The translations under genes were made by a program, and so were the position numbers. Under the pieces are notes generated by a model, which worked only from the letters and a program-made list of their open reading frames with translations, was not told where the DNA came from and ran no database searches. 64,000 nt of DNA from Candidatus Dadabacteria bacterium. GTDB lineage: Bacteria > Desulfobacterota_D > UBA1144 > Nemesobacterales > CSP1-2. The first letter of the stretch is position 1; the number at the start of each line of letters is the position of its first letter. The stretch is from contig CAWDVW010000005.1 in the NCBI GenBank assembly GCA_963805855.1, positions 896,001 through 960,000 on the forward strand. Direction: 5' to 3'. Shown piece after piece: positions 10,344-21,041 of the stretch.

Positions 10344-11258
10344 ATGTTTTCACGCAAGGACACGATATTGGGCATTTCATTATTTCTCACATTATTTTTC
10401 TTCGGTGTACTGGGCAAAGCGCAGGAAATTTATGACTCTAGAGAGTTCAAGGATTATTGGTACGGAGGAGCGGCCGAGATAACAAGTTACGAGTTACAAC
10501 AGGCGCGATATGGCGAATTACACACCGGACATGCTGTGTTGATATTTGTGACCGAGGATTTTTCGTTAAGTAAACAGGTAAAACTCGACAATCCAATACG
10601 TGATAAAAAGGACGCAGTAAAGGTCTTGAAGCTAAACTCAATAAGGAAGTTTAATACCGGAATTTACCAATACTCGATGATGAACTCAATATTCACGCCC
10701 TTGAATATCGCTCCCCACCCTTATTCACTCAAAGAGACTCTATCGGCTCAGGAGTGGTGTGGTAATTGGTTTATGCAATTAAACTTGAGGGACAATAAAT
10801 ATCTGGTTCGTATGAACTCCTATTTTGAAGCGGAAGGTGATACAGAATTTACTTTGGAAAAGGCCTTTCTTGAAGATGAGATCTGGACACGAATAAGGAT
10901 TGAACCCAGCAGTCTTCCACTAGGAGACATAAGAATTATACCTGGCGCTACTGTAGCAAGATTTAAACACGAGAGACTAGAAGTTGAAGACGCAGAGGCT
11001 ACACTTAGCGACTATTCGGATAACATTATGAGTTATCGGCTACACTACAAAAACAAGGGACGGTCGTTGGTTATAAGATTCAACAAGGATTTTCCTTATA
11101 AAATAATTTCTTGGGAAGAATCTTACGGGAGCGGCAAGAGCAACATAGACAGATCTCTGACGACAAAGGCTTCTAGCAAGAAAACGCTTCTGGTGGACTA
11201 TTGGAATAAGAATAAAAATGTTGATCTTGGTATGAGGAAAGAACTAGGTCTGGATTAA
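10344..11258 (+). CDS. Conserved exported hypothetical protein
   Basis: Signal peptide ending GKA-QE; YWY.G.AEITSY.L.QARYGE and QEWCG motifs; function unknown. Confidence 0.75.
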   Translation: MFSRKDTILGISLFLTLFFFGVLGKAQEIYDSREFKDYWYGGAAEITSYELQQARYGELHTGHAVLIFVTEDFSLSKQVKLDNPIRDKKDAVKVLKLNSIRKFNTGIYQYSMMNSIFTPLNIAPHPYSLKETLSAQEWCGNWFMQLNLRDNKYLVRMNSYFEAEGDTEFTLEKAFLEDEIWTRIRIEPSSLPLGDIRIIPGATVARFKHERLEVEDAEATLSDYSDNIMSYRLHYKNKGRSLVIRFNKDFPYKIISWEESYGSGKSNIDRSLTTKASSKKTLLVDYWNKNKNVDLGMRKELGLD

Positions 11259-11434
11259 TAATTCACTAGCGAAGATAAATACTTTTACGGATGAACGGCA
11301 AAGAAATGAACACTGAATTAATTGAATTCAAGTGTTTAATTTAATCACTCCTCTCATTGATTTTATCAGATCGATAACTTCAGTTCCAGGTGCTATCTAG
11401 AAAAAATTTCTTAATTAGATAAAAAGCCAGAGCA

Positions 11435-11980
11435 CTAACGATTAATATGTTGAATCAGATTAACTATTTCATCTTTAACCCGTATGTATTTGCTTCTACC
11501 GAATCCGGGATCCTTTGCTCTCCCGGAGACACTGGCATCAGCAATGATTGAACCTGTACTTTTATTTATAAGTTGAATTCCGACGTACATGACGCCTTTC
11601 CCCTTATCATTAATACCAAAGGAATACCATTCACAGTATTTACAACCCCTATCGTAACCAGTAACTGCTCCTTTAACAACAAGTATACTATCTTCCGGAG
11701 AATCATCAGTTTCGTTACGTAGTATCTTGTGAAAATGATTATTCTTCCTCAATTCTTCTGCTACCATATCAGGTATCTCCGAATAAGAGTCATAAGGAAC
11801 CCATTCCAAAGCAGTCTTGTCAAAATCCGGTATCTCCACTACCTGAAAATTGTACGAATCACGTTCAGGTTTTTTATTCATTATGGTTCGAGAAGCACCA
11901 CAACCCGCAAAGGTCAGCAACAAAAAAATAAAGGGTAGGGGGAAAAAACGCGATATAGCTAGTCTATTGAACCTGGACAT
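11435..11980 (-). CDS. Putative lipoprotein (DUF4410-like)
   Basis: Lipobox-like TFAGC; CKYC motif. Confidence 0.65.
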   Translation of the reverse strand: MSRFNRLAISRFFPLPFIFLLLTFAGCGASRTIMNKKPERDSYNFQVVEIPDFDKTALEWVPYDSYSEIPDMVAEELRKNNHFHKILRNETDDSPEDSILVVKGAVTGYDRGCKYCEWYSFGINDKGKGVMYVGIQLINKSTGSIIADASVSGRAKDPGFGRSKYIRVKDEIVNLIQHINR

Positions 11981-12401
11981 GTTTTTCCTTAATACAGAAT
12001 AGTAGATAATATATTACACTAATACAATAATACAATGATAATATGGGACATGATTTAATCAATCTATTGCATAGAGCTCCCCAATTGTATCACAAGCCCA
12101 TCTAAACAAGAAATAATCTGAGAGTGCTGCATTATAATTCCTGATTATCTTCACTTTAGATAAAATATGCTTGGAGAAAGATTCAACAAAAGATACCTAA
12201 TTTCCCACCATCAGGCTATAATTCATCACTGAAACTACCAATTAACTAACTTGGTTATACGGATTTACTCCATCCTAACAAAGATAGTGAATTATGATCG
12301 AAATCAACATATAATTTAATTTCATGCATAAATTTGACAACTGTTCAGACAAGTACTAATACTACTATCTCGGTTATCGCGATCGGTTCAAAGGACAATT
12401 T

Positions 12402-13154
12402 ATGAAAGTCTGTACACTAGCTAGTGGAAGTTCCGGTAATTCCCTGTATATCCAAACGGAATCTTCAAAGATCCTAATTGACGCGGGAATAAGCCTAAGA
12501 CAGATAAAAGCCAGGCTTAAGAGGCTCGATGTGGATTTGTCTGACTTAGACGCTGTGATCATTTCACACGAACACTTAGATCATGCAATGTCAATTCCAA
12601 AAATTGAGAATCCCACGTATGTCGCTTCCACGACGATACACCTCTGGAAAGATAAGGCTAAAAACCTCTGTGAATTCAACACCGGTTCTTCCTTTTCAAT
12701 TAAAGATGTCTTGATAACCTCTTTTTCTGTTCCACATGATGCACTGGATCCGGTTGGATTTACAATCGAAACAGATCATACGAAATTAGGGATAGTGACT
12801 GACATCGGAACAGCAACGAGCCTGGTTAAAGAAAGATTGAAGGGATCAAATATTCTGATCATTGAATTCAACCACGATGAAAATATTCTCAGGGAAAGCC
12901 ATTATCCATGGGAAATAAAGCAAAGGATAATGGGCAGGCTGGGTCACCTATCAAATGCTCAAGGTGCAAACCTTTTTGCCAGCTTGTTACACAACGAACT
13001 TTCCCATTTGCTACTCGCACACCTGAGTGAGACCAATAATAGATATGACGTAGCATTAAGAGCAGCCTCATCGGTAATCGACAAATCAGGGGCTGATCAC
13101 ATAGGCATATCGATCGCCCCTAGAAAAAACTTAGGGGAGGTTTTAATAATTTGA
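12402..13154 (+). CDS. MBL-fold metallo-hydrolase (YycJ/WalJ-like)
   Basis: LASGSSGN, LIDAG, ISHEHLDH, VPHDA, EFNHD, GHLSN, LAHLSETNN. Confidence 0.92.
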   Translation: MKVCTLASGSSGNSLYIQTESSKILIDAGISLRQIKARLKRLDVDLSDLDAVIISHEHLDHAMSIPKIENPTYVASTTIHLWKDKAKNLCEFNTGSSFSIKDVLITSFSVPHDALDPVGFTIETDHTKLGIVTDIGTATSLVKERLKGSNILIIEFNHDENILRESHYPWEIKQRIMGRLGHLSNAQGANLFASLLHNELSHLLLAHLSETNNRYDVALRAASSVIDKSGADHIGISIAPRKNLGEVLII

Positions 13155-14455
13155 TATCGAGATATTCACGTAAGGAAATGTCGAAGATATGGACTGAAGA
13201 AGCCAAATTTCGGCAATGGCTTCGTGTTGAGATTGCGGTTTGCAAAGCTTGGTCGAAATACGGTCGTATTCCAAAAGAGGCAACTAATACAATCAGTAAA
13301 CGTGCTAAAATTGATGTTGAGCGAATACAAGAACTTGAGAAGACCTTAAAGCACGACGTTTTGGCCTTCTTAACGGGTATATCTGAGAATATTGGCGCTA
13401 ATTCGAGATACCTGCATCTTGGGCTTACCTCGTCCGACGTTCTAGACACGGCATTTGCCCTCCAATTAACGGACGCGGCGGCTCTCCTAATCGATGATAT
13501 AAGAATTTTAAAAGGCGTCCTCAAGAGGCTCGCTTTTAGACATAAGATGACTCCTATGATTGGAAGGACTCATGGAATACACGCCGAGCCGACTACCCTG
13601 GGTCTCATTTTCGCCCTTTGGTATGATGAAATGAGCAGAAACCTGGACAGACTAAAAAGGGCTAGGGATGTAATCGGTGTGGGGAAAATCTCCGGCGCCG
13701 TCGGTACTTTTGCCAATGTTCCTCCAGAGGTAGAAAAATATGTATGCAAACTTCTTAAACTAAAGCCAGCCAGCATCTCTACGCAAATAGTTCAACGTGA
13801 TATCCATGCAGATTACTTCCTAACGCTTTCGATCGTGGCAACATCAGTTGAGAAAATAGCGACAAACATCAGGCATTTTCAAAAAACTGAGCTTCAGGAG
13901 CTGGAAGAGCCATTCACCGAAGGCCAGAAGGGTTCTTCGGCAATGCCCCACAAGAGGAATCCAATTCTATCGGAGAACATCTGTGGACTAGCTAGGCTTG
14001 TCCGCTCCTACGGCCTGACTTCTCTTGAAAACGTTCCACTATGGCACGAACGGGACATAAGCCACTCGTCGGTAGAAAGGGTGATAGGACCAGATGCGAC
14101 GATACTTCTTGATTTTATGCTGAATAGACTTACCTACATATTGGACTCCATAAAGATTCACCCCCAAAATATCAAAAGAAACCTGGAGCTAACACGTGGG
14201 CTAATACATTCGCAAAAAGTCCTGTTAAAGCTAGTGGACAAGGGGCTATCAAGAGAAAAGGCTTACGAAATAATCCAAAAAAACGCGGTTAAAACCTGGA
14301 ACGCCAGGTCGCATTTCCGTGAGATCCTCTTAAAGGATAAAGATGTTAAAAATCATCTGTCCGAAGGTGAGTTAGATGAATGCTTTAAAATCGAAAACGA
14401 CTTGAAATATGTCGACCATATATTTAAAAGGGTATTTTCAAAGGATATCCACTAA
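13151..14455 (+). CDS. purB: Adenylosuccinate lyase
   Basis: GSSAMPHKRNP signature; HLGLTSSD; GRTHGIHAEP. Confidence 0.98.
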   Translation: MISRYSRKEMSKIWTEEAKFRQWLRVEIAVCKAWSKYGRIPKEATNTISKRAKIDVERIQELEKTLKHDVLAFLTGISENIGANSRYLHLGLTSSDVLDTAFALQLTDAAALLIDDIRILKGVLKRLAFRHKMTPMIGRTHGIHAEPTTLGLIFALWYDEMSRNLDRLKRARDVIGVGKISGAVGTFANVPPEVEKYVCKLLKLKPASISTQIVQRDIHADYFLTLSIVATSVEKIATNIRHFQKTELQELEEPFTEGQKGSSAMPHKRNPILSENICGLARLVRSYGLTSLENVPLWHERDISHSSVERVIGPDATILLDFMLNRLTYILDSIKIHPQNIKRNLELTRGLIHSQKVLLKLVDKGLSREKAYEIIQKNAVKTWNARSHFREILLKDKDVKNHLSEGELDECFKIENDLKYVDHIFKRVFSKDIH

Positions 14456-14556
14456 TAATATGGATTAAAAGCTACCGTTCCTTAATGATCGAACTTTGTT
14501 GATTTATCCTTAAATGGTGTTATATTGCTTCGTTGTGAAATCTTTAGGGGGTAAAA

Positions 14557-15138
14557 ATGCGCCATAAATTTATCGTAACTATGATCGTCATAGCAACCTT
14601 CTTTATATTTATATTTCAACCCAAAATAAATGCCGAGACCATATCGACAAAGGAAGCTAATGAACTTAGAACCTTCCTTAAGGAAAAGATGGGGAATGTT
14701 GTACCGGATGACGCCACAATTGAGGTCAGTGGATATGAAAAAACTGCTCTCAGTGGTTTCAAACAAGGTCAGTTCAAGGTAAAAACCTCGAAGGGATCGG
14801 GAGATGTCCCGTTTCTGATAAGCGACGATGGGAAATACCTTATTTTTGGAGAACCTGTTGATACCAGGACATTTCAAGATCTACCATTTGGAATGAGAGA
14901 GAGAAAGATCCAAATTGGCACGATCCCAATCCCCGTTATGATGACTAAAGACGGTAGGTACCTGATTCTGGGAGAACATGTCGATACTTCAACATTCCAA
15001 GAAGTCCCTTTTGGAATGAAGGAAGGAAATATCCAAACTGGCTCGGGTACCCCGATCCCAATCATCATGACCAAAGACGGAAGGTATCTGATTCTAGGTG
15101 GCGAATTAATCGATTTAAAGGCCAAACCGACAAAATGA
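14557..15138 (+). CDS. Exported Cys-free protein with three DsbC-N-terminal-like modules; paralog of the N-terminus of the next gene
   Basis: Signal peptide; three DG(K/R)YLI(F/L)G motifs spaced 41-42 aa apart. Confidence 0.75.
   Translation: MRHKFIVTMIVIATFFIFIFQPKINAETISTKEANELRTFLKEKMGNVVPDDATIEVSGYEKTALSGFKQGQFKVKTSKGSGDVPFLISDDGKYLIFGEPVDTRTFQDLPFGMRERKIQIGTIPIPVMMTKDGRYLILGEHVDTSTFQEVPFGMKEGNIQTGSGTPIPIIMTKDGRYLILGGELIDLKAKPTK
14827..15100 (+). repeat. Intragenic tandem repeat, about 123-126 bp period
   Basis: GAYGG.A.RTA.CT.ATT.T units start at 14827, 14950 and 15076. Confidence 0.8.
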
Positions 15139-15179
15139 TTCATTTACACATACTATAATAAGTGTGAGGAGGCGAAAGA

Positions 15180-16172
15180 ATGCTGTTCAAAAGTCTAATA
15201 TCATCATCATTGTTGCTCTGTTTAGTCATGATTTTCCATCCAGCCGTAAAAGCCGAGCAAATATCGAAGGAGGAAACAGCCAGACTCCAATCTTTCCTCA
15301 AAAAGAGATTGGGATCGCGCATGCCCTTGGATGCAACAATCGAAGTTAAAGGCTACGAAAACAGCCCGATTCAAGGATTTAATCAGGGCAGTTTCTTAAT
15401 CAATTCTTCGAGGGGCTCCGGAGATGTAAATTTCATCATAAGTAATGATGGCCGATACATTATTCTTGGAGAACCAGCGAGTACTAAAGACTTTGAGCAA
15501 TCGCCAATTGAAGGACTCAAGAAAGGAAGCGTACCAATGGGAACTCAAACGTTACCATTACTGATCAGCAAGGATAGTAAATATATTATTCTTGGCGAAA
15601 TAATCGATACTAGTGTAGATCCTTTAAAAGAAACGATGAACAAGATTTCTTTAGAAGATGTTCCAGTAAGAGGTAAAGAGACGGCAAACGTGACGGTGGT
15701 TGAATATTCAGATTTTCAGTGCCCCTTCTGCCAACGAGGCAGCCAAATGCTCCCTCCGATATTACAAGAGTATGACGGGAAAATTAAACTTATGTATAAA
15801 CAGCTTCCCCTTCCAATGCACAATTGGGCTAAGGATGCGGCAATTGCCTCCTTGTGCGCCGGCGAACAGGGAAATGACAAATTCTGGGAATTTCATGACC
15901 TGTTGTTTGAAAATCAAAAAGATATCAAAGTCGAAAACTCGAAAGAAGAGTTCGAGGGATTTGCCAAGAAAATAGGGCTGAACGAAAATGATTTCAACAA
16001 ATGCCTCGGTTCCCCAGATATCGCCAAGCGGCTGCAGGCCGATATAGATGAAGCCCGCTCCATCGGAGTAAGCTCCACTCCTACGTTCGTAGTGAATGGT
16101 ATTATCGTGCCGGGGGCCAATCCAGAAGGGCTAAAATCGGCGATCGAAACAAGCTTATCGGGTGAGCAATAA
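15180..16172 (+). CDS. DsbA/DsbC-family periplasmic thiol-disulfide oxidoreductase
   Basis: VVEYSDFQCPFC, cis-Pro GVSSTPTF; two N-terminal D(G/S)xYIILGE modules. Confidence 0.9.
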   Translation: MLFKSLISSSLLLCLVMIFHPAVKAEQISKEETARLQSFLKKRLGSRMPLDATIEVKGYENSPIQGFNQGSFLINSSRGSGDVNFIISNDGRYIILGEPASTKDFEQSPIEGLKKGSVPMGTQTLPLLISKDSKYIILGEIIDTSVDPLKETMNKISLEDVPVRGKETANVTVVEYSDFQCPFCQRGSQMLPPILQEYDGKIKLMYKQLPLPMHNWAKDAAIASLCAGEQGNDKFWEFHDLLFENQKDIKVENSKEEFEGFAKKIGLNENDFNKCLGSPDIAKRLQADIDEARSIGVSSTPTFVVNGIIVPGANPEGLKSAIETSLSGEQ

Positions 16173-16333
16173 CCAAGATCTTTTATAAAAAGAGAAAGCC
16201 GGCTTTATTTGGTTACCAACACCTCTTCCCGACGGATTTTGGTATTAAGGTTGAGACTAAATGGGGTATATCTTTGCCTAAAGACATACTATTTTTAAGT
16301 TTAATCATCATACTAATCCGACTTTCTTGATAG

Positions 16334-17103
16334 ATGAAGTGTCCTAAATGTGGCTTCAATAGCTTTGATTTTCTTGAAAAATGCAAGAAGTGCGGTAGTT
16401 CCACTGGTGTTAAACCGGAGCATGATGCTTTATATAAATCGTATGAACTTTCGAAGAGATATGCCGAGCCTAAAACAAAAAGATCGGCAGAGGATGAGCT
16501 CAGGGAAATAGAAGAAGTTGCTGTTAAACAATCCGAAGAAGAGGAAACGATCAAAAATGCAGAGGAGGTTTTATCATTAGATTACGACACTGGTCCGTCG
16601 AATCATGCTTTAACGCTTGAAACTGATCCCACTATAGTGTACGAAGAGGAAACGCGAAATACGGACAGAGTGAAATCAGATCTAGCGGGCATTTCAACAC
16701 GATCAATTTCCTTATTAATTGATGTAGTGGTGATTTTTTCGATTACAGCCTTGGTTCTTTCAACAGGGTTCTATATTGCCACCGACAATTTTATATTCGA
16801 CACTCACTATTCACTGAATTTCATAGCCGCTATTTTTTTCTCACTTATTATAATTTGTTCGAGTTATTTTGTGTTCCTTGAGGGCTACGGGGGAAAAACA
16901 ATAGGAAAGATGGTTATGGGTATCAAGGTAATAGGAGACGATGGAGGTTCCATCGATATCGTCAAGGCCTTCACGAGATGGGCTTTTTCTTTTTTTCCGC
17001 ATCCTTTTTCTTCGTTGGATTCCTGTGGGCACTTTTTGATACAAAGTCTCAAACATGGCATGATAAAATTGCAGGCACGCTTGTAGTAAAAGAAAAAACC
17101 TAA
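16334..17103 (+). CDS. RDD-family membrane protein with N-terminal zinc ribbon; one-base frameshift at the T7 run 16990-16996
   Basis: CPKC...CKKC; GKTIGKMVMGIKV; the RDD end GFLWALFD.KSQTWHDKIAGTLVV lies in the -1 frame and stops at 17103. Confidence 0.8.
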
Positions 17104-17106
17104 GAT

Positions 17107-18372
17107 ATGGAATTTCTCGATGAAATTAATGAAAGGATCACTGAACGATCAGCCGAAATACAGAGTTGGACAGAACAGCACTCCAATAAAGTTCTTGTAC
17201 CTCTTTATACATCTGTTGATCTAAGAGTATCCAAGTACAAAATCGCGCCTGTTGACACCAATGTCTTTCCAGCCGGCTTTAATAATCTATCCGCATACTG
17301 TAGAATACGCACCGCCAATCTATTCAAACAGCATTTTTCCACTAAATATCCTAAGGTGAGCAAAATACTCATCGTCCCGGAACTCAACACTAGAAATCCA
17401 TACTATTGGGAAAATATACATGTAATCCAATCAATGCTGGAAAACGTAGGGTTCAGTGTGAAGATCGGAATCGTAAGTGAAGAGTTTCATCTAGATCAAG
17501 CCGAGTTTAAAGCGATAAGCGGTAAGCGTCTCACGGCGTATAAAGTTATAAGTGAAGGCCATAAGGCTATCATACCAAACTATGTTCCAGATCTGATCCT
17601 TATTAATAATGATTTCTCATCTAGGTGCCCAAAGACACTGAGGGACATACTGCAGCCCGTTGAGCCTCCGATAGAGATAGGTTGGCATACCAGAAAAAAG
17701 AACGTTCATTTCGAGTTCTATAATAGACTTGTATCTGAACTGGCACAGATCCTGGGACTAGACCCTTGGGTATTCACGATTGAAACAGTTCTCCAAGAGG
17801 GAATAGACTTTGATGAACCACAAGACCGCGAACGGGTCGCAACAAAAGTAGATACAATGAAGAAAGAACTCACAGCGGAATACAGAGAGAGAAGAATTGA
17901 TCAAGATCCGTTCTTTTTCGTAAAGAGTAATTCTGGAACCTATGGAATGGCCGTAATCAATGTTTCGAACGGAGATGATCTGAGAAAGCTAAACGCTGAA
18001 GGAAGAAAGAGAATGAAAGTTACAAAAGGAGGTAAGCCAGTAAGGGATGTGGTAATCCAGGAGGGAATTCCAACATCTTTTGTAGTCGAATCAAAATTTG
18101 TTGGAGAGACAGTGCTTTATCTTGTAGCCGCGAAAATGGCTGGAGCCTTTATAAGACTGAATAAAACTAAAAATGAATTTGAGAATCTTAATACGAAAGG
18201 AATGGAGTTCATAAGCTTACCGTTGGTGAAAAACGGTGAAAACATTAAACACGAACGTGAGTGTCTGCTACCACCGGTGTACCAGGTAATAGGAAGTACT
18301 GCGAGCATAGCTGCGGCATATGAAATTGAGAAGATCATCAAAGAAGGGGGATGCGAGGAAGAGGTCGCCTGA
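17107..18372 (+). CDS. gshA: Glutamate--cysteine ligase (alternative GshA family)
   Basis: PLYTSVDLR...KIAPVDTNVFPAGFNNL, LINNDFS, GWHTRKK, VKSNSGTYGMAV, IQEG. Confidence 0.85.
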   Translation: MEFLDEINERITERSAEIQSWTEQHSNKVLVPLYTSVDLRVSKYKIAPVDTNVFPAGFNNLSAYCRIRTANLFKQHFSTKYPKVSKILIVPELNTRNPYYWENIHVIQSMLENVGFSVKIGIVSEEFHLDQAEFKAISGKRLTAYKVISEGHKAIIPNYVPDLILINNDFSSRCPKTLRDILQPVEPPIEIGWHTRKKNVHFEFYNRLVSELAQILGLDPWVFTIETVLQEGIDFDEPQDRERVATKVDTMKKELTAEYRERRIDQDPFFFVKSNSGTYGMAVINVSNGDDLRKLNAEGRKRMKVTKGGKPVRDVVIQEGIPTSFVVESKFVGETVLYLVAAKMAGAFIRLNKTKNEFENLNTKGMEFISLPLVKNGENIKHERECLLPPVYQVIGSTASIAAAYEIEKIIKEGGCEEEVA

Positions 18373-18677
18373 CTTATTTCTCATTTGTCTATTCTTAATA
18401 GGCTAGCATCAAGAGCCATTCGAAAAGCAATATTAAAATAATAGCCCGGCGTTCCTCAACCTATTGCAGATGACGAGGGTTTCTGTTCTAATAAAAACAT
18501 TCTGAGTTTGTTTGTACCTGATGTCAAACTATTTTTGATTATGTCTGAGTCAGAGACCACCTGTTATGCGCTCATAAACCCCATCGCTCACCTATCATTT
18601 GGTTTGACAGGTACCTGTTTTCATGTTAGAAGATTAGGCTTTTTAGATTTACTACCCCGAGGTTACATTAATAGCAG

Positions 18678-19964
18678 ATGAGCTTAGATGAAGCAGGTTC
18701 ATTTCCAGTGGAGAAGTTCCTTCTCGCATTCGCAATAGTTCTTGTCACTTCCAAGGTATTTGGAGAAATTGCAGAGAGAATCAAGCAACCTGCGGTACTA
18801 GGCGAGTTAACGGCCGGAATAGTCATTGGAGGGAGCGTCCTAGCACTGATTCCCTCAATTCCTAGCGAGGCAGGATATATAACATTCCACCTTCTTGCAG
18901 AAGTTGGAGTTGCGATACTACTATTTGAAATTGGTCTTGAGACCGACCTCAATGATTTACTCAGATTAGGTGTAACCTCAAGCGTCGTCGCACTCGTGGG
19001 AGTCGTAGTCCCTTTTGTCCTTGGATTTATAAGCGTTCTTGCATTCGAAAGGGCTGGGCTTCTTGGTGAGATCAATCCAATGTTTACTACGGTCATAGCG
19101 ATAACCGCCGGAGCAACCCTTACAGCGACCAGCGTGGGAATCACCGCGAGGGTGCTATCCGATTTAAATCGCTTACAGACTGAAGAGGCACGTATAATAC
19201 TGGGAGCCGCCGTAATCGATGATATTCTCGGCTTGATTATCCTAGGAATCGTAAGTGGACTCATTGAAACTACCAAAGAAGGATTGGATACCGGAATATC
19301 TGTCGCCAGCCTTCTTATTGCTACACTAAAATCATTTGGGTTTCTTTTCGTCGCTATATTAATCGGCAATCTAGCTTCAGGTAAGCTATTTAATCTAATA
19401 GAAAAGATGCAGGTTCGTGGAGTACTCCTGTTAAGTGCGCTTTCCTTCGCCTTTATATTTGCAGTCTTGGCCAGCCTGGTAGGACTTGCGCCGATCGTAG
19501 GGGCATTCGCAGCGGGATTGGTTCTTGCAAAAACAAACCAGTTCAAAACCATTGAAGATCGCCTGAAACCTGTTTCCGATGTATTCACTCCTATTTTCTT
19601 CATTATGGTTGGCGCGGCTGTAGATGTTCGCATTTTTAATCCATTTGTTAAAGCCAATCTACCGATTTTATTGATTGCGCTGGTACTATTCACAGTGGCG
19701 GTATTTGGGAAATTCGTAAGCGGTTGGACGGTGTTCAAGAAAGGCATAAAAAAAAGTGTAATAGGCATTGGCATGATTCCCAGGGGAGAGGTTGGACTCA
19801 TATTTGCTCAGATGGGTCTTGTATCCGGCGTTTTCGATACAAGGCTTTTTTCTGCGGTCACAGTCATGGTCATGCTCACAACTTTTATTGCTCCTCCACT
19901 ACTTAAAATCGCATTCTCTGAGAAGGAAAAACCATCTCAGAAAGCTAATCCAAATACTGTATGA
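18678..19964 (+). CDS. Cation:proton antiporter (CPA2, NapA/KefB-like)
   Basis: QPAVLGEL, LLFEIGLE, TATSVGIT, AAVIDDI, GMIPRGEVG. Confidence 0.92.
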   Translation: MSLDEAGSFPVEKFLLAFAIVLVTSKVFGEIAERIKQPAVLGELTAGIVIGGSVLALIPSIPSEAGYITFHLLAEVGVAILLFEIGLETDLNDLLRLGVTSSVVALVGVVVPFVLGFISVLAFERAGLLGEINPMFTTVIAITAGATLTATSVGITARVLSDLNRLQTEEARIILGAAVIDDILGLIILGIVSGLIETTKEGLDTGISVASLLIATLKSFGFLFVAILIGNLASGKLFNLIEKMQVRGVLLLSALSFAFIFAVLASLVGLAPIVGAFAAGLVLAKTNQFKTIEDRLKPVSDVFTPIFFIMVGAAVDVRIFNPFVKANLPILLIALVLFTVAVFGKFVSGWTVFKKGIKKSVIGIGMIPRGEVGLIFAQMGLVSGVFDTRLFSAVTVMVMLTTFIAPPLLKIAFSEKEKPSQKANPNTV

Positions 19965-19974
19965 GGGTTACAAA

Positions 19975-20481
19975 TTGAAAAAGATTAAATTGATTATATT
20001 CCTAGTTTCTATCGTATTCCAGATTACTTACACAGATGCAATCGCAGCCGAGGATATACTGAAAATTGACAAAATCGTTATATTCCAAATAGTTATTTTT
20101 GTAGCAGCCATCTTCATTTTGAACTCCATTCTATTCAAGCCACTTTTTCAGCTTGTTGATAAACGAGAACAACTAACTACCGGGGCCATCAAAGAGGCAA
20201 ACGAGCTGAGAAAAAGAATAGACCAGATAATAGATGAATATAACGCTAAGCTAGATGAGGCAAGGTCAGAAGCCTCGGAGGAAAGGAATAAAATCAGGAA
20301 TGATGCCAATAAAGCAGCAGATGAAATTATAAAGAAGGCCAGGGATCAAGCTCAAAAGCTGCTAAACGAAGCAAAGAATAAGCTAGAATCGGAAAAGTTA
20401 GAGAAGGAGAGGAGTATTGAGCCTGAGATAAAATCCCTCGGGAGGAACGTGGCCTCACGAATCCTGGAAAAGGAGCTATAA
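19975..20481 (+). CDS. atpF: ATP synthase F0 subunit b'
   Basis: TM followed by ILFKPL...KREQ and a coiled coil; TTG start inferred after GAGGG. Confidence 0.85.
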   Translation: MKKIKLIIFLVSIVFQITYTDAIAAEDILKIDKIVIFQIVIFVAAIFILNSILFKPLFQLVDKREQLTTGAIKEANELRKRIDQIIDEYNAKLDEARSEASEERNKIRNDANKAADEIIKKARDQAQKLLNEAKNKLESEKLEKERSIEPEIKSLGRNVASRILEKEL

Positions 20482-20486
20482 ATTTT

Positions 20487-21041
20487 ATGCACATTGATTT
20501 ACTCAATTTAATAATTACGGTTGCAACTGATGAAGTGCATACTTTTAATTGGAGGGATGTAACTTATCAAGCAGTCAACCTAACCATTTTACTTTTAGTC
20601 CTTGTCTATTACCTTAAACAACCCGTAAAGAATTTCCTGATTGAAAGAAGAGGCATCATAGGAAATGAAATTGATGATGCACAAAAGGCAATCGCTGAGG
20701 CAAAAAAGATTCATGCCGAATACGAAGAGAAATTAAAACGTTTGGATGCAGAAATTAAATCATTAAAAGAATCGATTCAAGAACAAGGGGAGGTTGAGAG
20801 GAAAGAAATATTAAAGCAGGCGGCGTTAGCATCTGAGAAGATCAGGGCAGAAGCCCGAGAATCCATAGAGCTCGAATCTGCCAGAGCACGACGCGCGATT
20901 CAATCCGAAGCAATTAAATTGGCCCTTGATATTGCCAAAGACTTGATAAAACAGCACTTAAGCCCTTCAGACAAGGATAAAATCATCGAAAATTTTGTAA
21001 AGAGGATGGACGAAGAAAAATGGCATCAGTCGCAACATTAA
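20487..21041 (+). CDS. atpF: ATP synthase F0 subunit b
   Basis: QAVNLTILLLVLVYYLKQPVKNFL.ERR and coiled coil. Confidence 0.9.
   Translation: MHIDLLNLIITVATDEVHTFNWRDVTYQAVNLTILLLVLVYYLKQPVKNFLIERRGIIGNEIDDAQKAIAEAKKIHAEYEEKLKRLDAEIKSLKESIQEQGEVERKEILKQAALASEKIRAEARESIELESARARRAIQSEAIKLALDIAKDLIKQHLSPSDKDKIIENFVKRMDEEKWHQSQH

Noticed and set aside
11981-12401. AT-rich 420-bp intergenic region
   Set aside because: Divergent promoter region; no DnaA-box cluster, repeat array or RNA structure that I can support
18440-18485. GGCGTTCCTC...AACC...GCAGATGACG upstream of the antiporter resembles a fluoride riboswitch
   Set aside because: Lacks the 5' GGnGAUG and full pseudoknot pairing; would need an Rfam crcB covariance hit
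18668-19801. 377-aa antisense ORF, and similar shadow ORFs such as 60966-61670
   Set aside because: Antisense shadows of well-supported genes with no family motifs
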